Source: a bacterium
GTDB lineage: Bacteria; Margulisbacteria; Marinamargulisbacteria; UBA817; JAQBTH01
Assembly: GCA_027623425.1 (NCBI GenBank)
Contig: JAQBTH010000002.1
Location: forward strand, 1-56,771
Direction of reading: 5' to 3'
DNA: 56,771 nucleotides
Under the pieces are notes generated by a model. It was not told the origin of the DNA and did no database searches. It worked only from the letters and a program-made list of their open reading frames with translations. Made by a program: the position numbers and the translations under genes. Positions 1 to 6,386 of the stretch are shown piece after piece (the stretch's first letter is position 1; each line of letters opens with the position of its first letter).

Positions 1-1
1 T

Positions 2-1525
2 CAGCAGGTTTATGTGGGAGAACCTTCAGTGGATGGCACCATAGCGATACTGCGCGGATTAAAAGAAAAGTATGAAGTGCACCACGGGGTGAAGATTTTA
101 GATAGTGCTATATTGGCTGCGGCCAAGCTATCGCATCGTTATATTGCCGACCGATTCTTACCTGATAAGGCCATTGATTTGGTAGACGAAGCGGCGAGTA
201 AGTTGCGCATCGAAATTGATAGTATGCCATTAGAGATTGATGAAATTGAACGTAAAATTATTCAGTACCGTGTGGAAATGCAGGCGCTAAAACGTGATGA
301 CACCGATGAAGCGCGCGGTAAGCTTGCTGAAATGGAACCGCAGCTGTCTGAAATACAGGCCGAGTCGGACCGCTTAAAGGCGATTTGGCAAAATGAAAAA
401 GATGCGATTCAACATATGCAGGATATTAAGGCAAAAATTGAATTGGCAAAAGCCCAAGAAAAGGAAGAAGAGCGCAAGGGAAACTACGAAAAAGTCTCTG
501 AAATTCGGTTTAAAACTATACCTGAATTGGAAAACGCATCTACCGAGGCGCACGCCGCGATGGAATCAAATAATGGCCAAAAACGCATGTTAAAAGAAGA
601 AGTGGATGATGAGGATATTAGTGAAATTGTAGCCAAGTGGACAGGCATTCCGGTTACAAAATTATTAAGCACTGAAACAGAAAAGCTGCTTCATATTGAA
701 GAAAAATTGCATGAACGGGTGATTGGTCAAAATGAGGCTGTGGATAGTGTGGCCAACGCCATTCGGCGGTCGCGATCGGGTTTAGCTGACCCAGACAAAC
801 CCATTGGTGTGTTTTTGTTTATGGGGCCAACAGGCGTTGGGAAAACGGAGCTTGCGAAGAGTTTGGCCGATTACTTGTTTGATAGTGAAAAGAACATGGT
901 GCGCGTTGATATGAGCGAATACATGGAAAAACATTCCGTGTCGCGCATGGTGGGGGCGCCTCCGGGTTATGTGGGTCACGAAGAGGGCGGTCAGTTGACC
1001 GAGGCGGTGCGTCGTCGTCCGTATTCAGTGGTGTTGCTGGATGAAGTGGAAAAGGCGCACCCTGACGTGTTTAACATACTGTTGCAGGTGTTTGATGATG
1101 GGCGCTTGACCGATAGCCAGGGGCGTACCGTGGATTTCAAGAACACCGTGATTATCATGACCAGTAACGTGAAGGACTTGAAAGCCACGTTTCGGCCCGA
1201 ATTTTTGAACCGAATTGATGATATTGTGGATTTTAAACCCTTAAGCAAGGACATGTTAAGCGAGATTGTGACCATTCAGTTAAATGAGCTGGCGGCGCGA
1301 TTAAAAGAGCGGCATATTGCGCTTGATGTGACGGATGTGGCGAAGGCGCATTTGGCCGAGATTGGCTTTGATGCGGACTTTGGCGCGCGGCCGTTGCGGC
1401 GAACGATTACTCGGTTACTAGAGAACCCGTTAGCGATGTTGCTTTTGGAAAAGCGTGTGTCTGATGGTGGATCGGTGAAAGTGGACGTTGTAGACGGGGA
1501 GATAGTGTTGAACGCCTCAGTATGA
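2..1525 (+). CDS. clpB: ClpB-type AAA+ disaggregase, C-terminal part (5' end cut by window edge)
   Basis: Frame is open to the window edge (QQVYVGEPSVDGTIAILRGLKEKYEVHHGV). Coiled-coil middle domain, then second AAA+ module with Walker A GPTGVGKTE, Walker B VVLLDEVEKAH and GARPLRR sensor. Confidence 0.95.
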   Translation, partial: QQVYVGEPSVDGTIAILRGLKEKYEVHHGVKILDSAILAAAKLSHRYIADRFLPDKAIDLVDEAASKLRIEIDSMPLEIDEIERKIIQYRVEMQALKRDDTDEARGKLAEMEPQLSEIQAESDRLKAIWQNEKDAIQHMQDIKAKIELAKAQEKEEERKGNYEKVSEIRFKTIPELENASTEAHAAMESNNGQKRMLKEEVDDEDISEIVAKWTGIPVTKLLSTETEKLLHIEEKLHERVIGQNEAVDSVANAIRRSRSGLADPDKPIGVFLFMGPTGVGKTELAKSLADYLFDSEKNMVRVDMSEYMEKHSVSRMVGAPPGYVGHEEGGQLTEAVRRRPYSVVLLDEVEKAHPDVFNILLQVFDDGRLTDSQGRTVDFKNTVIIMTSNVKDLKATFRPEFLNRIDDIVDFKPLSKDMLSEIVTIQLNELAARLKERHIALDVTDVAKAHLAEIGFDADFGARPLRRTITRLLENPLAMLLLEKRVSDGGSVKVDVVDGEIVLNASV

Positions 1526-1540
1526 TGTGGTGCATGACGA

Positions 1541-1645
1541 GATTCCCGTTTTCACGGGAATGACGGCGTGTATGTGGGATGACGGTGCGTGTTGGGATGA
1601 CGGATTATAAACTCAATTCCGTCATCCCCAACTTGATTGGGGATC
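1541..1645. repeat. Composite of hairpin repeats: two full inverted copies plus two tail fragments of the GGGAATGACGG family
   Basis: 1541-1566 GATTCCCGttttcaCGGGAATGACGG; TGGGATGACGG at 1575-1585 and 1593-1603; inverted copy at 1619-1645 (revcomp GATCCCCAAtcaagTTGGGGATGACGG). Related copies at 10162, 23847 and 37896. Confidence 0.75.
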
Positions 1646-2328
1646 TACTCTTGGATAATTGCTAGCATGGGCCTGTCTTCATTAAAGCCAGCTAGAAATT
1701 GGTTTGCAGGTCGCGAAAAAGTTTTAGGATATATCTCTTGTCTTTTTTGGCGTGCTAGCTGCTCTTCTCTTAGTGATGGCACTAGTTGCTGTGGGCTTTG
1801 TACGGGTTCATCTGCTGGCTCTTCTTCTTCTTCTTCTAAAACTGAATCTGCTGCTAATGTATTGGCAGGTTTCCATCGTGATGTAGATGTACTTGATGGC
1901 GCAAATGGCTCAGGAAGGAACGTATTTTTTCGTCTAACGGTTGTGCTATGGCTTGATGGCGGTGTTGCCGCACCACCTAATTTTAATCGTCGTGCCACTT
2001 GAGGAAGTATTGAGAGGCCGATATTTTGAGTTGGTGTGCGTTCAGGCCGTGCTGATGCGGGTCTGTCTAGTGACTCAAGGCGCCTTTGTGGTTTTGGTGA
2101 CTGTGCTTGGGGGCTTCTCGTTGGTGAGGTATTTACAGACGGAGGTGCGCTTTTGGTAAGCCGGGCGATTACCTGTTGTGCGGCTGCGCGCACTGATTGA
2201 GAGGCATAAGGACCGCCAGCTTGAAAGCGTGCCACATTAAGCTGTGTTTGGGTGTTTGAATTTTTCCGTGGTGAATTCGCCCCTGAAGGGCTTTGTTTTG
2301 CAACGGAGGGGAGTGCGGTTGCTGTCAT
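1645..2328 (-). CDS. Hypothetical low-complexity Pro/Ser/Thr/Gln-rich protein (227 aa) with E6 run
   Basis: Long ORF with SD-like AAAGGAAACTAAA directly before the ATG at 2328. No TM or signal peptide seen. The opposite strand also has an ORF (1637-2002) but it lacks an RBS. Confidence 0.55.
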   Translation of the reverse strand: MTATALPSVAKQSPSGANSPRKNSNTQTQLNVARFQAGGPYASQSVRAAAQQVIARLTKSAPPSVNTSPTRSPQAQSPKPQRRLESLDRPASARPERTPTQNIGLSILPQVARRLKLGGAATPPSSHSTTVRRKNTFLPEPFAPSSTSTSRWKPANTLAADSVLEEEEEEPADEPVQSPQQLVPSLREEQLARQKRQEIYPKTFSRPANQFLAGFNEDRPMLAIIQE

Positions 2329-2365
2329 TTTAGTTTCCTTTGGCTCTCTAATTGAGAGATAAGAT

Positions 2366-2394
2366 AATATACTAAAAAAACGTTAAATTTACAA
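2366..2394 (-). promoter_or_regulatory. Sigma-70-type promoter candidate for ORF 1645-2328
   Basis: On the minus strand: TTGTAA (2389-2394), 17-nt spacer, TATATT (2366-2371). A short inverted repeat CTCTCtaattGAGAG lies between it and the RBS. Confidence 0.45.
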
Positions 2395-2424
2395 GTGGTG
2401 TGTTTAATCTACCTATTTTATACC

Positions 2425-3033
2425 TTATGCCGTTCCATTTGGGCTTTCACCAGGGCCTTGTCCTTCTGGGATATTGAAACGCACGTGTCGATCATCGGCT
2501 CTTCTTAATTCAGGTTGTAATGGTCGCCTAGCAGGCGGGTGGCCAGGCGGTAATTTTGTTGGGGTTGCTTCTGCGTGGGGCGGAGTTTCTGGTGCTGAAG
2601 CTCCTTTTTCTGCAGCAATTTGTCTTGCCAATTTAGCTAATTCTCTTGCCGCATTTGGCGTTAAGGCAACGGTGCCTCCTAGGTCGGCGCCTCTTAAATC
2701 ATCAAGGCTTCCTGCGACTGATCTTACATATACCGTTTGGCCAGAGGTGGTGGTAAACTCTGCTTTTCTAGGTGTTCTTGGAGAGGAGGCAGGAGACACA
2801 CCAGGAGATACAAGCGTTGTGGCGTTAAAGTCTACTGCGCCATCTATGCCGGCGTTTTTGTGCGTGGCGACTTGTTCGGCGCGGTAGTGGCCTTGTTGTG
2901 CCGGGCGACTACCTGAGTGTGTGTGGGCGAGAGACGTCTGATGATGTTGGCTGGGTGGTTCAAGGTGGCGACCTGAAGAGGCCTGTGGCGTGGCGACTGC
3001 AGCTCCTGCGGCTATGTCAGCTAGATTATGCAC
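2425..3033 (-). CDS. Hypothetical low-complexity Pro/Ala/Ser-rich protein (202 aa), GTG start
   Basis: Longest ORF in the region. Contains one ordered-looking island (GQTVYVRSVAGSLDDLRGADLGGTVALTPNAARELAKLARQIAAEKG). No clear SD. The antisense ORF 2474-2887 looks like a shadow. Confidence 0.45.
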   Translation of the reverse strand: MHNLADIAAGAAVATPQASSGRHLEPPSQHHQTSLAHTHSGSRPAQQGHYRAEQVATHKNAGIDGAVDFNATTLVSPGVSPASSPRTPRKAEFTTTSGQTVYVRSVAGSLDDLRGADLGGTVALTPNAARELAKLARQIAAEKGASAPETPPHAEATPTKLPPGHPPARRPLQPELRRADDRHVRFNIPEGQGPGESPNGTA

Positions 3034-3056
3034 GGAAGTGTTCGCCTATGGCGCCT

Positions 3057-3072
3057 TGCGGGTGGTGTGCCA
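3057..3072 (-). promoter_or_regulatory. Candidate sigma-54 -24/-12 promoter element
   Basis: Minus strand reads CTGGCACACCACCCGCAAGG. TGGCAC is exact, GG-N10-GC spacing is exact, and the -12 reads CCGCA instead of TTGCA. It lies about 24 nt upstream of the GTG at 3033 and about 340 nt downstream of a sigma-54 activator gene on the same strand. Confidence 0.4.
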
Positions 3073-3152
3073 GCGGGTTGTTCGGCGTTAACTTTTCTTG
3101 ATTCAGCCACTTTGAGCGCTCCTTATTCATAGTTTAACAAAACTTAAATGTA

Positions 3153-3371
3153 TTACGAATTTGGTCCATAATCTCTACTTATAATTTTATCTAGACCTAA
3201 TAGTAGAAAAAAAGCTTCGCCTTCTGTTTTGCCTTTGAGTGGGCCTTCTTTTACGGGTGTCGTGTCTGAAAAATGACGTGGCAAACCAAGTCTTGGTAGC
3301 GTGCTGTGATGACTTTTGAATTCAGCGAATGTGCGCACTGAACATACTGTTTGTTTTATTGCGTCAGCCAT
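3153..3371 (-). CDS. Small hypothetical protein (72 aa)
   Basis: ORF only; no recognisable motif. It occupies the region where an upstream activator site for the 3057-3072 element would be expected, so it may not be coding. Confidence 0.3.
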   Translation of the reverse strand: MADAIKQTVCSVRTFAEFKSHHSTLPRLGLPRHFSDTTPVKEGPLKGKTEGEAFFLLLGLDKIISRDYGPNS

Positions 3372-3409
3372 ATTCCTTTTATATCAAATTTTGTAAATTT
3401 ACACAACAG

Positions 3410-6241
3410 TTAGAGGGATATTTTAAGGAGTAATGGCGTGTTGTCACGAACGATGGTGGCCGGTATGGTATTACTGCCTTCAAGTTCATCTAAAATGGTG
3501 TCGTAATGGTTTAGGCTGATGATGGCGTTATCGTTTAATTCGGAAATAAAATCACCGGGTTTTAAACCCGCGCGGGCGGCAGGGCTATCTGGCTCTACCG
3601 ATGTTACGAGTACGGCATAATCGGTTTCGTCGGGAATGGTGTTAATGTCGGGTTCAGTAACAATCAGGCCAAGCGCGTCGGTGATTTGGGCATCAATTGG
3701 TAGGGCCATTGTGTCGGGCGAATCCGCCGGGTTTACGCTAATGGAAAGCGTTGTTTTTTGCCCACGTCGCACAGTAAGCTTGGTGGGTTTACCAATAGTG
3801 AGTTCTTCTATGGTTGTGTTGAATTGTGCGGGTGATGTGATTTCAGTGTTTCCAACTGCCAATATGATATCGCCGCGGCGTAATTTTGCCACATCAGCAG
3901 GGCTGTCTTTTAAGACATTGTTGAGCATTACGCCGTGTTGGCGTTTTAATTTGTGTTGGCGTTGCGCTGAAACTGGAACGGGCTTTGCTTGTACGCCTAT
4001 CCACCCACGTTTCACCACACCGTATTTTTCCAATGCACGCGCAACACGTAGGGCCGTATTTGCAGGTATAGCGGTGCTAAAGGGTGTTTTGGTCATATGG
4101 GGTGAACTGGCAATGCTTGTTATTCCGACCAATCGGCCATCCAGGTCTACTAGCGCCCCACCAGAATGACTACTTGGAACCAACGTGTTTGTGGCCAATA
4201 ATCCATGACGTTTTGTTGGGTTTGGTATGGCCGAAATAATTCCTGTTGCGATGGTGATACCGTGGTCTGGAGAGTGGCCAATGCCCATTACCCAGTCGCC
4301 GAGTCGAATTGTTTCGCTTTCTGGGGCAGGGGTAAGAAACGGATGGCTATTACCTACAATCTTTAGTACAGCAAGGTCACTTTGTGGGTCGACACCAATT
4401 CGTTTTGCTGGCACTGTACGGCCATTATATAAAACCACCTCGAGCTGTTCGCGTTCCCAAATATTGTTGTAAGACGTAATGATTGTGCCAGAGCTGGAGA
4501 TTATAACGCCTGATCCAAGGTGCTTGCTGGCTTCGAGCGGTTGGGCCGTGGCGGGAAGCTCGCCGAAATGTGGGTCTTTTGCTTTGGCTCCCGGAATTGC
4601 ACCAACGGTTTGTATGCCGACGATGGCCCGATTTGTGCTTCGATACACGTATCGAAATACCACTGAATAACCATTTAATTCCGCAAATTCTTTTGGGTAT
4701 CGGTGTTTTGTTTCTGCAACGCCCTTGGTGCTTGTTCCTATAATCAGAGCGGCGGTTAATGCCACTGTTATGATGGATTTAATGCTGATGCCATATTTTT
4801 CTGCTTTGGTATAAAACGTGGTGCGGGAAATGCCCAATGCTTCGGCGGCTTTTCTGATGTTTCCAGCGGTTACTTTTAAGGCGTGTCGCATTGCGGATTC
4901 TTCCACTTCTTCTAGGCTTGGAATATGATTGGATTGAGGTGTAATAGTGTCTTTTTGTTGGGTGGGCTCTGCAAGTAGTGGGGCGGCGTTTTGGCCAGGT
5001 AGGTAGGCTAAAAGAGTGGCGGTGATGGTTTTTCCACCCGCAATAATGGTCATGCGTTGCATGAGGTTTTCCAATTCTCGAATGTTGCCTTCCCAAGGTT
5101 GTTTTAGCAAGAAAACTTCTGCGTCTTGGGATAAATTGGCAGTGGGATGATTAAATTCTTTCGCGTACTTTTCAAGAAAAAACTGAGCCAATGGCACAAT
5201 ATCTTCGCTGCGTTCTCTTAATGGTGGAATGCTGATGGGGAACACATTTAAACGGTAATATAAGTCCAATCGAAACTGCTTGGCCTCAACAGCTTGTTTT
5301 AGATTTCGGTTTGTTGCCGCAATAATGCGCACATCAACTGGAATGCGTTTTCGCCCACCCACGCGTTCTATTTCTCGGTTTTGCAGTACGCGAAGTAATT
5401 TAACTTGTAAGTCTAGCGATAGCTCGCCAATTTCGTCTAAAAATAAAGTGCCGCCTTCGGCCTGTTCGAATTTTCCTGGTCGGGTTTCTGTTGCGCCCGT
5501 AAATGCGCCTTTTTCATGGCCGAATAATTCGGATTCGATTAATTCTTTAGGGATGGCTCCGCAGTTTAATGTAATAAATGGCTTTGGTTTACGGGTTGAA
5601 TTGTTGTGAATTAGATTTGCCAATACGTCTTTTCCTGTGCCACTTTCACCTTCTAATAGGATGGTGATGTCGTTGTCTAGAACGATTTGTATGGCTTTAA
5701 ATACAGGCACCATTGCCCGGCTATTCCCAATAAAATGGTTTCGTTCAATGTGTTGGGGTAGAGATGGCGTTTTTGATTTTTCAGGCATAATAGCCGCCTG
5801 CTCGTCGGAATAGAGTTCATAGGTTAATATGCCCAAAAAATCTAATAAATTACTTAGTTTACCCACGTCTTCATTTAACTCAAATTCATCGGATTTATAT
5901 TGGTTTTGTAGCGCTTTTACAATAGTGGATTTGAATGAAAAAATAAGTAGTGCGGTGTCTTTAGCCGATAAGCCATGTTGGCGGTGGTGTTTTCGTATTT
6001 CTTGCCACAGTGTGATGACTGGTTTTAGCGCTTGAGCATTTAAATTGGGTAAATTGGTGTTTTCAAATGTGGCTGACAATTTATCTAAAAAGAGTTGGGA
6101 ATGACTTGAAAATTCGCCGTCTGTGGTGAATAGAGCATCTTTGTAACGGGGGTTTTCTTCAACTTCTTTTAGCCATGCATCGGAAATTTCGGCATGGTGT
6201 TGGGTGAGAAAGCTATTTGCTTGAAGATTTTGATGTCCCAT
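3410..6241 (-). CDS. Fusion protein: N-terminal helical sensor-like domain, sigma-54 enhancer-binding AAA+ core, Fis-type HTH, one TM helix, HtrA/DegS-like trypsin-fold domain (His replaced by Asn), two PDZ domains
   Basis: One uninterrupted 943-codon ORF. Motifs: GESGTGKD (Walker A, aa 198-205), GAFTGA (aa 245-250), TLFLDEIGE (Walker B), AAEALGISRTTFYTKAEKYGI (HTH), IITVALTAALIIG (aa ~490-502). Then GSGVIISSSGTIITSYNNIW / DLAVLKI / SHSGGALVD (HtrA core) and two PDZ-like segments (RGDIILAVGN..., LKPGDFISELN...). Confidence 0.85.
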   Translation of the reverse strand: MGHQNLQANSFLTQHHAEISDAWLKEVEENPRYKDALFTTDGEFSSHSQLFLDKLSATFENTNLPNLNAQALKPVITLWQEIRKHHRQHGLSAKDTALLIFSFKSTIVKALQNQYKSDEFELNEDVGKLSNLLDFLGILTYELYSDEQAAIMPEKSKTPSLPQHIERNHFIGNSRAMVPVFKAIQIVLDNDITILLEGESGTGKDVLANLIHNNSTRKPKPFITLNCGAIPKELIESELFGHEKGAFTGATETRPGKFEQAEGGTLFLDEIGELSLDLQVKLLRVLQNREIERVGGRKRIPVDVRIIAATNRNLKQAVEAKQFRLDLYYRLNVFPISIPPLRERSEDIVPLAQFFLEKYAKEFNHPTANLSQDAEVFLLKQPWEGNIRELENLMQRMTIIAGGKTITATLLAYLPGQNAAPLLAEPTQQKDTITPQSNHIPSLEEVEESAMRHALKVTAGNIRKAAEALGISRTTFYTKAEKYGISIKSIITVALTAALIIGTSTKGVAETKHRYPKEFAELNGYSVVFRYVYRSTNRAIVGIQTVGAIPGAKAKDPHFGELPATAQPLEASKHLGSGVIISSSGTIITSYNNIWEREQLEVVLYNGRTVPAKRIGVDPQSDLAVLKIVGNSHPFLTPAPESETIRLGDWVMGIGHSPDHGITIATGIISAIPNPTKRHGLLATNTLVPSSHSGGALVDLDGRLVGITSIASSPHMTKTPFSTAIPANTALRVARALEKYGVVKRGWIGVQAKPVPVSAQRQHKLKRQHGVMLNNVLKDSPADVAKLRRGDIILAVGNTEITSPAQFNTTIEELTIGKPTKLTVRRGQKTTLSISVNPADSPDTMALPIDAQITDALGLIVTEPDINTIPDETDYAVLVTSVEPDSPAARAGLKPGDFISELNDNAIISLNHYDTILDELEGSNTIPATIVRDNTPLLLKISL

Positions 6242-6386
6242 ATGTTCAATTTTTTAACGCTTTTTTGGTGTTTTGGCAAGTGTGTTTGTCTTTTTGTCCT
6301 TGTTTTTTTATTCGTGAAAAATTTGAGATTTTGTTTAAATTCTGCTAATGTTTTAATACATTAATTTCTAAAAAGGATGATATAGT

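Noticed and set aside
3636-4169. Long ORFs antisense to well-supported genes. Examples: 3636-4169 and 5280-5609 inside the activator gene, 29935-30576 inside secD, 14169-14786 across two minus-strand genes, 33931-34284 and 34852-35349 inside mnmE, 43526-43945 inside the ATPase gene.
   Set aside because: Their translations are low-information (Ser/Arg/Pro/Cys-rich), they lack an SD, and the opposite-strand genes carry unmistakable family motifs. These are shadow ORFs.
5964-5971. Exact GCCGATAA octamer, and ACCGATAA octamers at 8996-9003 (minus strand) and about 50517-50524, considered as further sigma-28 promoters.
   Set aside because: All lie inside coding regions. The first is antisense to the activator gene. 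At the 11-12 nt spacing the -35 positions match TAAAGTTT at 4/8 or worse, and no downstream gene start follows.
6273-6289. TGGCAAGTGTGTTTGTC in the divergent region upstream of ORF 6387-7670, considered as a sigma-54 promoter.
   Set aside because: The -12 GC is missing or mis-spaced (TTTGT, which gives GG-N11-TG), and the -24 reads TGGCAA. It is much weaker than the element at 3057-3072.
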